The notes under the pieces are model-generated. The model was not told the DNA's origin. It was given only the letters and a program-made list of their open reading frames with translations, and searched no databases. The position numbers and the translations under genes were made by a program. Positions 40,096 to 53,293 of a stretch of DNA of 64,000 nt are shown here, piece after piece; the stretch's first letter is position 1, and each line of letters starts with the position of its first letter. Origin of the DNA: Octopus vulgaris (Eukaryota); assembly GCA_951406725.2 (NCBI GenBank), contig OX597825.1, forward strand, positions 14,446,001 through 14,510,000, written 5' to 3'.

Positions 40096-41001
40096 TAGTG
40101 TCGTAGTAATTCACTTAACATGCAAACCGAAATTATTGGCCTTGTGCTAAAAATTTCAAACCGATACTCATAAAGATTTGAAAATTACTTGTATACTAAG
40201 GAAAACTATTTGTTATCTAAGGCCATTTGAATGTTGTTTGACCATGGTTGGTAATCAAGTTACTTTCCACACAGCCACTCCTGCGTTGTTCACAAATAAT
40301 AATTTCTGAAATAAGATTTAATCACTGACTGTTTTTTTTTACTTATTGCGGGACTCCGTTTCTCGGTGAGCATTTTGAACTCAGAACTCTAGTAATCCAA
40401 AACAAAGAAACGAAGCTAGACAGAGCTCTTCGTTTATGAAGAGTTTCCATTATTGCTACAAGTAATAACGATTATCAAATATGAAACATTCGTAGTAGGC
40501 AAGTAAAACTTCTTTCTTATGACATGAGAAATTTTCAAAGTGAAGCTGACAAATAGAATAGATTAATTAGACGAGCGAAAGTGCTGGAATTTATTCCCCG
40601 AAGCCAAGAAGTAAATTTAATGAATTATAATTCCATATGTATTCAGAAAATATTCTATGAGAGTGAAAAGTGCGAAATTCTGAGATTTGCGTTCCATGAA
40701 ATGCCATGAGGGTTGAAGAAGAATTTAGTATATGACGTATATCGCCTGGAAGTAAGAAGCGCTCTGTTACAGTAAGTTAAACGAAGAATTTTGTACTTTT
40801 GATTTTGAAATTGTAAGCGTTCTCATTGAATATAATGAGATGGGGGTCAGTTCAACTACTAATTTCGTTTCTGATTTTCTCAGAGACAATGTGCGTTAAT
40901 ATAAGTTAAAATGTTCCTCATACAGAAACTCTTATATGCCTATACCTGTTTGTTAGAGTGTCTATGTGGATTATACCTGTAAATTTAATACACACACACA
41001 T

Positions 41002-41035
<34 letters not shown>

Positions 41036-41040
41036 TGTAA

Positions 41041-41140
41041 GCGTAGGAGTGGGCGTGTGGTAAGTAGCTTGCTTACGAACGGCATGGTTCCGGGTTCAGT
41101 CCCACTGAGTGGAACCTTGGGCAAGTGTCTTCTACTATAG
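41041..41140 (+). mobile_element. SINE-A 5' fragment with intact target site
   Basis: AGGAGTGGGCGTGTGGTAAGTAGCTTGCTTACG..CCTTGGGCAAGTGTCTTCTACTATAG. Confidence 0.85.
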
Positions 41141-41564
41141 AGGGAAACTATGATATATATTTTTGGGTACTTATAGTTGAATTGACGACCTTAGCGAAGC
41201 AATTCCAAGTGAATTCTGAAGAAAAATGAAATGTTAAAGAAATGACGAACAAAAATGGATTTACACTTGGCATTTGCAGACTGAATGCAAATTAAAACAC
41301 AAAGAAGACAGAATAATAATTGGAAATTTTTCATCATTCAAATTATTTCGAAAATTAATAATTAGTAATTGTTCATTATTTTCAAATTGGAAATTCATTG
41401 CTCTTCATGATTTCAGGAATCAAAGTGAGAATCATATTAAGATCCTAAATTCCCAAGTGTAAAATTGAATCTTCTGCTTCGTCGTTTCTGCATCACATTT
41501 TTAATAATTAGAAACATCATCAAGAAGTTGCATCTTATTTCTATTAATTAAAGTATCAACCGAG

Positions 41565-42005
41565 TGGTTGTAGGTAAAATCATTAGAGTATGAACGAAAG
41601 TGCTTTCTGATATTTCTTTCGGCTCTTTACATATTCAGTTCAAATCTCAGTGAGATCACTTTGCATTTCATTCTTTCAGGGTCGATAAGCTAGAGTATCA
41701 ATCACGTACAGGTGTCGATATCGAACCTGACTAACCCATTTCCTCCTTAAAATTAATGGTCTTGTCTCGAAATTTGAAAGCAGCAGTTGATTAACTGGCA
41801 GAATTGTTATTGCGCCGGGCAAAATGCTTATTAGTGCTTCTTCCGTCTTTTTCCGTTCTGAGTTCAAATGCCACCGAGGTTGACTATCTTATTCATCCTT
41901 GAGGGTTCAGTAAGATGAGTACCAGACAAGCACTGGGGTGAGTCGAAACGCTTAACACTTTCCCCATAATTTCAGGATGTATGTGAATAGTAGAAAGAAT
42001 TACGA
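41565..42005 (+). mobile_element. Two degenerate SINE-B copies
   Basis: CTGGCAGAATTGTTA..GCCGGGCAAAATGCTTA..TTCTGAGTTCAAAT. Confidence 0.65.
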
Positions 42006-44139
42006 TTAATATCAATGTAAATTGGTAGCAAGCATATAAACGCCTTACAGTTTCGGGAAAATCGCTTGCAGGAGTTCTGGATCTTTGTTATGCGTTTAAA
42101 TCTAGTCTAGTAAAAGTTGTCATTTATCTGTTTACATCGAAAAAATATGGTACCAGTAATGTACTAGAGTTGTTTGTATCGACAAACTTCTCACATCAAA
42201 ACTGCAGGCCTTGGGGCTGAATTAGTAACCGTTATATTCAATAAGCAATATATTATGTAACACCGGGAAACAGGATTTTAATATGTAGACAATGATGTGC
42301 TTATAAAGAGGATTTGGGAAATATAAGCAAATTCTAAATGGGAACATGCTTAAAGAGAAATAGATAGGCAATTTCATAACACTTTATTTTTAAATGATTA
42401 AAGGGGATAAATTTCATCAACATCTGTTTTTAAAATTCTTCCTATTCACACTTGTACTTTTGGAAAATTGTGTTATAATCTCTGTGGCCTTACATGATAA
42501 TTTCGTTGTTCGGGTCGCTGTTTATTATAATTTCGTTTAATGTATTACATTTCTAAATAGATTTTTTCCTATTTCAGAACAGAGAATGCCTTTATCTGAT
42601 TATTTTCATTGTTTTCGAATCTATTTTTATAAATCAGATAATTCTTCCAAATAAAACAGAGGTGATTCATGAACATGCTATCAAAATATATTATAGCTTC
42701 CACAACCGTGTACCAAATTTATTGGAATTCTTCGAACATTGTGCCTTCAAAAATTTAGAGGCCGCTTTCATTTTGCTTAAACTTACATCATTGTCAGTAT
42801 GACAGTTGGTTTAGTACAAAACCAGCAATATTGAGGGGAGAACTCGGGTTGATGGACCCCAGTAGTCAACTGGTACTTAGTCTCTTAACCTAAAACGGAT
42901 GAAAGGTAAAACATTTGTTGTAGGCGTTTAAATGCACAATATAAAATGTCGAAAAAGAAATGAAGCTGCTAAACAATTTTCCCAATGTGCTGACGGTTCT
43001 GTTATCTCGTTACCTTCATAGTGAATGAAGCTAGTGGTGGTTTTGAAACTATAGTCAACATATCACATTATCTCCGGATGTTTGGGTAATTATTTTCGCT
43101 GGAAGTAAAACTTCTATGCCGTTACTTTAACTTGGGGCCTTTGTTGGTTTAGTGATATAATTCAAGGGCAAAAAATAATTAGTATATTTTCACACGAATG
43201 GTGATGTATAAATGCGCCAGGGGCAATCGTTTTCTAAAATTCTCGAAGATTATGACGTAGTATTGCTCTATTTGGAATACATTTAAACGGATGGCCAAAA
43301 GTTTTCAGAAAACCATTCTTCATAAATCGTTTGCGCCATCTTCTGTTCACTTAATGATGTGAAAAAATAATGGAAATGATCGATAGTCGAATCCTTTTCA
43401 GGAATATTGATGGGCATCGATTTGGTAAATGTCTCATAACAATTGGGCTTTACATGAAATTTCCATCTGTGATTCTTTCAAAGAAAAGAGTCAAACAATC
43501 CTTAAATGTTAAATCTTGGGTGGGATTTTTCGTTTTTACAACATAATCCAATTGTTTCAGTTACTTTCGCCATTTTGTTTTGGTGCATTTACATAATGAA
43601 TACTTGTAACTCTTCTAAGAGCAGAGTGGTGTTTACTATTTAGAAATTACCGATGCAGCAAAAAAACTAGTGTATGTACACATGCACTCATTTATATTCC
43701 GTTACCTTTACACACAGACACATACACACTCACAAACACACAGGTACACGTTCACACAGGCACTTACAAAATATACATGGAAAGCAATTCAGCATTTTGC
43801 AGTAGAACAATGTGCTTTTCACCCTTTAAATAAAACCTGCATGGCAAACATTCGTATTGCTTTTATAGTTAGCATGTTTTTCACCATCGAGTTAATTGCT
43901 TATCTGGGGGCAACAGACATTTCATCCACATCTGTTTGTATTGAATTGATTTTCAAATCTATTCATTTACTTAAGGTTTTGTTTTTCAATTCCGTTTCGT
44001 TGAGGAAAAATGTTTTCCGTGTTGACCATAATATGTCAAATCTTTTTCCATATGTTTTCAAATTTTAACATTCCCTATATTGATGCCAATATATTTTGTT
44101 TCCACATTCTTTTATTCTTTAACTTGTTTCAGACATTTG

Positions 44140-44426
44140 CCAAATCGACTCTGGATTTATTCTATCGGTATGTTACTTATTCTATCGGTCTGTTACTTAT
44201 TCTATCGGTCTGTTTTGCCAAACCTCTAAATTACAGGGACGAAAACATACCAACACAGACACACAAACACACATATATGTAAATACGACGGGATTCTTTC
44301 GGTTTCCATCAACCAAATCCACTCACAAGGTTTTGGTCAGATCGAGGCTGTAGTAGAAGACACTTGCCCAAGGTGCCACGCAGTGGAACTGAACCCGCAA
44401 CCATGTGGTTAAGAAGCAAGCTACTT
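44140..44426 (-). mobile_element. SINE-A lacking its A box (second targeted locus)
   Basis: Minus starts AAGTAGCTTGCTTCTTAACCACATGG; internal ~20-bp unit TACTTATTCTATCGGTCTGT triplicated. Confidence 0.88.
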
Positions 44427-44620
44427 TATTTCAAAATTTTGCCATAAAGGCATGGCACAGAATAGCTTGCAGGCTGGACAAAAACATTGAAGAGATGAAT
44501 GACGAAAAGGATGATAATGATGGGAGAAGACAAAAAACGCCGACTTTTTTGCTTCTCTAAAACATAATTTTTTTTTACATAATAAAAACAATACATAATA
44601 AAATACATAATAAAAACAAT
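44427..44620 (-). mobile_element. 3' fragment of the SINE-A-targeting retroelement, copy 3
   Basis: TTCTCCCATCATTATCATCC..GTCCAGCCTGCAAGCTATTC..TTTATGGCAAAATTTTGAAATA joined to AAGTAGCTTGC; matches 28490-28600. Confidence 0.85.
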
Positions 44621-44792
44621 AGGCGCAGGAGTGGCTGTGTGGTAAGTAATTTGCTTACAAACCACATGGTTCCGGGTTCAGTCCCACTGCGTTGCACCTT
44701 GGGCAGGTGTCTTCTACTATAGCCTTGGGCCAACCAAACCCTTTTGAATGGATTTGGTAGACGGAAACTGAAAGAAGCCCGTCGTATATATG

Positions 44793-44823
<31 letters not shown>

Positions 44824-45043
44824 ATATGTTTGTGTGTCTGCGTTTGTCCCCCCCCCCAAATCGCTTGACAAACGATGCTTGTGTGTTTGCGTCCCCGTCA
44901 CATAGCGGTTCGGCAAAAGAGACCGATAGAATATGTACTGGGCTTACAAAGAATAAGTCCCGGGGTCGAGTTGCTCGACTAAAGGCGGTGCTCCAGCATG
45001 GCCGAAGTTAAATGACTGAAACAAGTAAAAGAGTAAAAGAGTA
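44621..45043 (+). mobile_element. SINE-A full length
   Basis: AGGCGCAGGAGTGGCTGTGTGG to (GTAAAAGA)n. Confidence 0.92.
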
Positions 45044-45989
45044 ATACGATGTATTAAACCTCTTAATTAGTTCCGTTGTTCATTCTCAGTTGAGGCTCTG
45101 AGCCTCTTACAAACAATAAACACAAAACAACAAAAGAGACTGAGGCATTAAACCTCTTACTTTAATGTGATATACAATACGAAGCACTAAGCCACTTAAT
45201 TTTTCCGCCCCGCCGTCACCCGACCAGGCTGAATGGCACAGTCAAGTACCTCGATTGTGCTAGGTCGGGACCTTTCGGCAAAAAGCGAAATGTGTCCTCA
45301 GGGAAGAACTTTATTACCTCAAACTTTTTTTCCCTACATGACCTCTACACCTACCTGCGGAGGCCAATCAGGGTTCTTGATACAGGTACTTATTCCTTCC
45401 TTTTTTATTAAACTTTATAATCATTTTTTAGATTTCCCTTCCCCTGTGGCACAGGACTACAAATTCCTCCTCCACATAGGAAGAGTCCTCAAAACCCCAC
45501 ACCGGTGGCACAATCCCCACTTACCATACAAACACTCCTGTGCCTATATATATACCGCATTATTTTATTCAAGTATTCTACCGTTGGATGCTGACTTTGG
45601 CTCAGTCTATCGCCATCTCTCTCTTCTTCTAAATGCTAATGCATCCATTAGTGTTATAAAACTTATAATGGTTACAACGACTGATATTCATGGTGATGGA
45701 TATCAAGATCTAAAGTCACAGCGGCGTACAGTATCCTGATATAATTTTCTCTGATACAATACTGATATGCCGCGTACGTTATCGGTCTAATATCACATTA
45801 GTTCATTATAATCGCTTCTTGTATCACCTACGCCAAGTATTTTAGTTCGCTGAATCACTGTCAACATTTATTTTGTAAAAGTTTAATAGACAAACATTCG
45901 AATAACGGAATTGAGTGATCCTTCAGTTCAATATTAAATGCCTTTTATGTATTAGTTAACATCAAAACAAGCATTACTACACACACACT

Positions 45990-46374
45990 GTGGAGGCACA
46001 ATGGCCCAGTGGTTAGGGCAGCGGACTCGCGGTCGTAGGATCGCAGTTTCGATTCCCAGACCGGGCGTTGTGAGTGTTTATTGAGCGAAAACACTTAAAA
46101 GCTCCATGAGGCTCCGGCAGGGGATGGTGGTGATCCCTGCTGTACTCTTTCACCACAACATTCTCTCATTCTTACTTCCTGTTTCTGTTGTACCTGTATT
46201 TCAAAGGGCCGGCCTTGTCACTCTCTGTGTCACGCTGAATATCCCCGAGAACTACGTTAAGGGTACACGTGTCTGTGGAGTGCTCAGCCACTTACACGTT
46301 AATTTCACGAGCAGGCTGTTCCGTTGATCGGATCAACTGGAACTCTCATCGTCGTAACCGACGGAGTGCTTCCA
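45990..46374 (+). mobile_element. SINE family C (tRNA head), young copy
   Basis: TGGCCCAGTGG A box, TTTCGATTCC B box; flanked by ACTACACACACAC repeats. Confidence 0.92.
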
Positions 46375-46458
46375 CCACTACACACACACACACACACACA
46401 CACACAAATATATATGCACACACATATTTACACACACACACAGTCACACACATACATA

Positions 46459-47200
46459 TACGGTTATCACTCGCCATATCGCGATTCACCTATCGCGCCG
46501 CCCTAAGTACATCGCAGATATTTTCTGGCTAATATAAATTTATATCGCGGATACCTCAGCATAACACGGGTTTCTGCGGCCGATAGATATTTATATTTCT
46601 TTAGATTTTAATTATTTCTGTGGTAAAATAAGCATTTTCAAGCCTAAAAATTAATAAATTAATAAATAGAAATGCAGTGCAGTATTGCATCGTATAATAT
46701 ATTAATTAAAATATAGGCGCAGGAGTGGCTGTGTGGTAAGTAGCTTGTTTACAAACCACATGGTTCCGGGTTCAGTCCCACTGCGTGGCACCTTGGGCAA
46801 GTGGCTTCTACTATAGTCTCGGGCCGACCAAAGCCTTGTGAATGGATTTGGTAGACGGAAACTGAAAGAAGCCCGTCGTATATATGTATATATATATATG
46901 CGTGTGTGTGTTTGTGCGTCTGTGTTTGACAACCGATGCTGGTGTGTTTATGTCCCCGTTACTTAGCGGTTCGGCAAAAGAGACCGATAGAATAAGTACT
47001 GGGCTTACAAAAGAATAAGTCCCTGGTCAAGTTGCTCGATTAAAGGCGGTGCTCCAGCATGGCCGCAGTCAAATGACTGAAACAAATAAAAGAGTAAAAG
47101 AGTATATTAAAGGCAAATACGTAGTGTACCGGGAGTTATAAATGCAGAACACCACACAGTGGTGTTCTGTATTTATAATAAATGAACATTACTCGCTCCG
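46459..47200. mobile_element. Tigger/pogo-like DNA transposon remnant, interrupted by SINE-A
   Basis: TA-CGGTTATCACTCGCCATATCGCGATTCACCTATCGCG terminus; hairpin TTATAAATGCAGAACACCAC-ACA-GTGGTGTTCTGTATTTATAA near 47136-47178. Confidence 0.5.
46716..47103 (+). mobile_element. SINE-A full length
   Basis: As the 44621 copy. Confidence 0.92.
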
Positions 47201-47297
47201 TTTCTAGCAGTTTCTAACAGGGTATTATTCTATGTAAATATCTTTGGTAATCTTAATAGCTAAAATGAGTTCTTGTTTGCTCTTTTGTCTACAACTT

Positions 47298-47682
47298 TGG
47301 AAGCACTCCGTCGGTTACGACGACGAGGGTTCCGGCTGATCCCATCAACGGAACAGCCTGCTCGTGAAATTTTACGTGTAAGTGGCTGAGCACTCCACAG
47401 ACACGTGTACCCTTAACGTAGTTCTCGGGGATATTCAGCGTGACACAGAGAGTGACATGGTCGGCCCTTTGAAATACAGGTACGACAGAAACAGGAAGTA
47501 AGAGTGAGAGAAAGTTGTGGTGAAAGAGTACAGCAGGGATCACCACCATCCCTGCCGGAGCCTCGTGGAGCTTTTAGGTGTTTTCGCTCAATAAACACTC
47601 ACAACGCCCGGTCTGGGATTCGAAACCGCGATCCTACGACCGCGAGTCCGCTGCCCTAACCACTGGGCCATTGTGCCTCCAC
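47298..47682 (-). mobile_element. SINE-C with 13-bp TSD
   Basis: TSD TTTGTCTACAACT at 47284 and 47683. Confidence 0.93.
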
Positions 47683-48034
47683 TTTGTCTACAACTACTGA
47701 CCGCTTCGCTCAACAACATAATTTCTTTTAATGAGGATAGAGATTATTGTGAAATTAAAAGTGTAGAAGGTTTAAACGTCTCCTTGGAAGACTCTTCATC
47801 TGATATAGGAGAATTTTCTTTAATTATCTCCTCTTCTATGGTTTTGAATGCATTTACCTGTTTCCGATGTTGCCATGGCAGAGCTGATAGCTATTTTTAG
47901 TGAGTGTGTTATACGATTCATGTGGAGTGTCTCCAAAATCTAATAGCCTAGGAAAAACTGTCAACATCCATTTTGTCGATACATCTCATGCTGCTGTTTG
48001 CTGTCTCCTTTTCGCTATAAATTATATCTGATCA

Positions 48035-48404
48035 GTGGAGGCGCAATGGCCCAGTGGTTAGGGCAGCGGACTCGCGGTTTCCATTCCCAGACCGGGCGTT
48101 GTGAGTGTTTATTGAGCGAAAACACCTAAAGCTCCACGAGGCTCCGGTAGGGGATGGTGGTGATCCCTGCTGTACTATTTCACCACAACTTTCTCTCACT
48201 CTTACTTCCTGTTTCTGTTGTACCTGTATTTCAAAGGGCCGGCCTTGTCACTCTCTGTGTCACGCTGAATATCCCCGACAACTACGTTAAGGGTACACGT
48301 GTCTGTGGAGTGCTCAGCCACTTACACGTTAATTTCACGAGCAGGCTGTTCCGTTGATTCGGATCAACCGGAACCCTCATCGTCGTAACCGACGGAGTAC
48401 CTCC
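48035..48404 (+). mobile_element. SINE-C with 11-bp TSD
   Basis: TSD ATATCTGATCA at 48024 and 48405; small deletion in the head. Confidence 0.93.
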
Positions 48405-49039
48405 ATATCTGATCATTTTACCAGCAACAGTACGTTCCTTTCATACATTCATTTGCAGAACAGGTACTCTTCAGATAATATGCTATTACTCCCCAAGTGT
48501 GAGTCGTGAAAATTGTAAGGCATGGATATAAGGCGTCTGGTAGGTTATTTACTTGCAAATTACATGACTACAACTCTGAACAGGTTTTGTAATTTGGGAA
48601 CTTAATGATATTTCTTTTCAGTTACAGTGAAGCAGCATTGATTCTAATTTACTTAATAGTTCATTAGATATTACTCCTCTATACAGCAATTTATCGGTCA
48701 GACTCTCCGACCAGATGTTGGGAAACTTCTCAGTCCCGTTTGCTAGCAATTCCTTATCTGTGTATGTGATCTCAGACGGTTAATATGGACTCTATGGAGC
48801 TACTTATATGTTTTTTCTCTTCCTTTCTGATCCAAGTCCCTTTTTTTAATAATACTGAAGGATATTCCCTCATATATTCCCCCACATTACCTCTAATGTT
48901 TCTATTCATGGTGTGCGTACTTCAGTGTCATGCATTTGTAACTTATTCTGTTACGAACACGGCTGTTTTTAAACATGATTTCACGTTTTACAAAGTCAAT
49001 ATTTTTTTCCTTTTTGGTTTTGATTTCACAGTGAACGTA

Positions 49040-50005
49040 CCGGCCGCCTCGGACACTCGGGATTTCGTCTGCCGTTACGTTCTGAGTTCAAATTCCTCCG
49101 AGGTTGACTTTGCCTTTCATCTTTTCTAGGTCCATTAAATAAGTACCAGTTACGCACTGGGGAAGATGTAATCGACTTCATCCCTTTGTCTGTCTTTATT
49201 TGTCCCCTCTATGTTTATCCCCCCCTCCCTGTGGACAATAAAGAAATATAAAATCTTCTACTCTGCTGATTTGCCATCATATTATCCCATCCTTCCAGTT
49301 TGTCGATTTCTCGTTATCATTTTGTTCAAGTGGTTCCAATACGTCCTCCAATAATTCGATCTTCTCACTTCGACCATCATTCCACGTCTTCAATTTAATT
49401 TTCTCTCAAACCATCACTTCACCTTTTACTGTCATATCTTAACACTGTCTCTGTTTCCCTATTTTCCTGCACTTGAATTAACATGAGCTTCAACGTGGTC
49501 TCTACTAGACTTTCTATTTCCTGTGTAATTTCTTCTAATTCTAACTTCCATGGTTAACCGTCTTGATATACAGAATGTGTCTGGCCAGGAAGTATACGTT
49601 GTGTTATTGGAAATGTGTCTATCACTTTCTAAATTGCGAAGATTCTTCGCCAGTTCATTCTTTTAATTGGTTAACTCCTAAAGAAGAACCTCATAAATAG
49701 ATTCTTTGGTTACTTTGTTCCTGGTAGTTTTAACTCGTTTCTCTTATCTTTCTACTTCAATTCAATTCGGTGAGCTGGCAGAATCGTTATCACGCCGGGC
49801 GACATGCTTAGCGGCATCGCGTCTGCCGTTACGTTCTGAGTTCAAATTCCCCCGAGGTCGACATTGCCTTTCATCTTTTTTGCTCATTTTTGCTAGCTGA
49901 GTGGACTGGAGCAACGTAAAAATGAAGTGTTTTGCTCAGGAATCGAAACCGCAACCTTACGATTATGAGTTCAACGCCCTAATCCCTAAGCCACTTGCCT
50001 CCACG
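49040..50005. mobile_element. SINE-B copies (49040-49250 and 49768-49880, plus) and a SINE-D fragment (49880-50005, minus)
   Basis: Family-diagnostic motifs. Confidence 0.75.
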
Positions 50006-50129
50006 GTACATTATCTATAGTTATAAGACAACAATAGACATGCAGCTATCCCTTCAATACATATCTGCAGCACTCGGCCGCTTTAGCTCCCCAACTATTT
50101 CCAGTTGCAGTAGGTAATGTAATCATACT

Positions 50130-50788
50130 TGCTGTTTCTCACCCTGAGGAGACAGTGTATTGAGGTAAAAACATCACTGAGCATTTTTGACCTGACACCA
50201 TCTCTATAGGAATACTCAACCACCATAAAGTGACAGACGTCTGGGCAAGCAAGGCAATTTTCCTTTGCCCGGTGGCTGTGACGAAAGAGGTTGTTTGGTG
50301 GACAAGGCTGAAAGGTATAAATGCAGATACATTCCTCTTTGGTAGAGCTCTCATTGATTCTTCAAGTTTCCCTTGAAAAGGAAATTGAGAGTGGAGAGTG
50401 AAGTGCTGTCCTTGAGCGACCTTATTGAAAGGTGGGTGAAAGTTGTGAAAATTGCAAGAATTGATGGTACCTCTCTAAGTGTAGACCTGTGAATCGAAGA
50501 GGGCACTTGCTCCTAGGGTTTCAGGAAAATCTCGGAGAGTGGGATTCCTCGATTATCCCTAGAGGCGTTCCTGTATCAGGAGGCCACCCATTTCTATCAT
50601 CCTCGCTCTCCCCTTTTTATATTTTTGCATGTTATGCATATGTCCAACCTTTTCCAGTGTATACCGTATATGCTTTATTTGTTTTATTTTTATGTTTTTA
50701 TTATTTTATCATTTCATTATTACACTTCATGTCTGTCCCTGTAATGTCCCCTTCATCTTTTGCTCTTGTGGCAAATAAATGAAATCAC
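50130..50788 (+). mobile_element. L1/Tx1-clade ORF2 C-terminus and 3' UTR
   Basis: AIFLCPVAVTKEVVWWTRLKG..FKFPLKRKLRVE..IERWVKV..*; 3' end CCCTGTAA..CTTGTGGCAAATAAATGAAATC followed by microsatellite. Confidence 0.7.
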
Positions 50789-51082
50789 TATTCTTCTTCT
50801 TTTTCTTTTTCTTCTTCTTCTCCTTCTTCTTCTTCTTCTTATTATTATTATTGTTTTTGCTATTATTATTGTTATTATTGTTATTATTGTTATTGTTATT
50901 ATTACTACTACTACTAGTAGTAGTAGTAGTCGTAGTAGTAGTAGTAGTTTTGTTGTAGGTGAGAAGGGGCAATATACTTGTTATTATCATTATCAGTCAT
51001 CATTATCATCATCAAGATTTTATGGTAATAATAATAATAACAACAATAATACTAATTATAATTATTATCATTATTATAGTTA

Positions 51083-51120
<38 letters not shown>

Positions 51121-51150
51121 ATTATTGTTGTTGTTGTTGTTGTCATTGAT
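50789..51150. repeat. Compound trinucleotide microsatellite (TTC/TTA/TTG/GTA)
   Basis: Direct reading. Confidence 0.95.
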
Positions 51151-52186
51151 GTTATTGCTTTTCATATTCCTTGCATTGACAACTTGTGTTTTCCGAAGCT
51201 ACAATATTTTGGGTGTTATTACATTTTTGATAAATGGAAATTGTTTAATTTTCGAATTGTTTAACAAGGAAGCCCTAATTCCCCGTACCGGGGGAAAGTT
51301 TTAGGTTCTATTTTCTCGAGATGTGCAATATAGTTTGATGCAGCCAAGTACGTGCCAAAATGGCGTCTACAAATACAATAACACACGACCAGAAAATCGA
51401 GCGGAAGTTGCCCAAAGTAATAATGAACAGCCTGCGTTTTACAAAGAGAAAAAATAAACAAAATGGATTCTATTAAATGCAGAAACTTGTACGGCATAAC
51501 ATATAAAAACAAACGATAATTTTTGAAAAATAAAATCAATATTCCCTTGAACATTTTTAACTTCAAAACAAAATATCTTAGCTGTAAACACAACAACAGC
51601 AACAAAAAAAAAAACACTCGCAAACACAAACAAAAATAGCAACAACATCATTCACACAAAAATGTGTTTTAACGTTGCTGACGTCACTGAAGATGATTGA
51701 TGTTTTTCTATCATTTTCCATCTTTTTCAGCATATTTGTCATCTATCTTATTTGGTTAAGTTATGAGATTCCTTTACAAATATATCTGAAGGTGTGCTCC
51801 TTTCCTGTAACTATTGCAGACACTGCATATATTTATTTCCTTCAGTCCGTTGTGTTGTTGAAAGTAAGTCTGTGATGGAGAAGTGAGGCGTCGTAATCGT
51901 TTCGAGTTTATAGTCGTGTTCTATCCTTAGTAGTCTCTTTGCTTGATCCAGATGAAGATTTTATAGTCTGTATTTTCCCTTGTAACTTAGCGGAATTGAC
52001 ACATTCTTCTCTACGCTTATATCATTTGAGTTGTGTTGGAGAAGCTTGAAAAGTAGCTTGAAAAGTAATGTCCGACACTTTATTTCCGGACATATCAATT
52101 ACGTCTGGAAATAAGAACTGCTATTTTGTTGTTGATGTTGTTGTTGCTGTTGTTGTTGCCAATTTGTTGTGCTTGTTATCTTTATC

Positions 52187-53091
52187 GAGTAAAAGAGCAG
52201 CTCAAGCCATCAAATTGACACTGGGGTTCAAATATATGAAGCCCAACATACCCACCATTACTACCAGTCTGAGAAGGGTACACCAGGCTAATGCATCTCT
52301 AACATATATGCGCAACATGGCGATGTTATATCAAGATAAACAGCATGTGACCTTGCAGTAGGGACCCAGCTAAAAATGTTATCAGGTCAAAATGTCTCTG
52401 AATGCGGATTGATGAAGAATATTGAATGAAACACCCATGCTTCGAGAGGAGAATTATCAAACACCCCAAAATTCCTCTCAATACATGGCTATGATGCTCC
52501 CCACTACTGCTCGTGATGAGACATGCACATATTGTCAGCTACCAAGGGACATGCTCGACTGGTTAACGTCAATGTTCTTATTATTATTGAGTGATAGAGC
52601 AGCACACGCCATCAAAGTGACACTGGGGTAAAATATATGAAGCCTGATATACCCATCATGACTACTAGTGCGCGACATGTTATCTCATATCAATATAAAC
52701 AATGCATAACATTGCAGGTTGGGCCCAGTTAAAAATTTTATCAGGTCAAAATGTCTCTGAATGCGGATTGATGAATAATGTTGAATGAAACACCCATGCT
52801 TCGAGAGGAGAATTATCAAACACCCCAAAGAATTCCTCTCAACACATGGCTATGATGCTCCCCCACTACCTACTTCTGCTCGTGATCAGAGATGCACATA
52901 TCGTCAGCCACTAATGGATATGCTCAAATGGTTACGGTCAAACAACTGACAAGCAAATCTGTGGTATTGAGCAGAATATTTGCTGTAGCCCATCTTTTAT
53001 ACCAAGACAAACCAATGTACATGATAACACTTCCAATCAGTTAAGATCAGAAACCACGAGAGCCACTGCCTGGTACTGCATCAGGGCATTT
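52187..53091 (-). mobile_element. Two tandem copies of the (TAA)n-associated 560-bp element
   Basis: 52187-52572 truncated, 52589-53091 near full length; followed by (ATT)n to 53293. Confidence 0.85.
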
Positions 53092-53114
53092 ATTATTATT
53101 AGTAGTAGTATTAC

Positions 53115-53204
<90 letters not shown>

Positions 53205-53251
53205 GATTATTATTATTATTATTATTATCATTATTATTATTATTATTATTA

Positions 53252-53293
<42 letters not shown>

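Noticed and set aside
43250-43520. Possible mariner-like remnants (also 53900-54050, 54950-55100) and a piggyBac-like word near 56390
   Set aside because: Only two or three loosely matching residue groups each; not supportable without a profile search
47855-47885. Minus ATGGCAACATCGGAAACAG|GTAAAT as a first coding exon
   Set aside because: Too short to distinguish from chance; no promoter or downstream exon evidence
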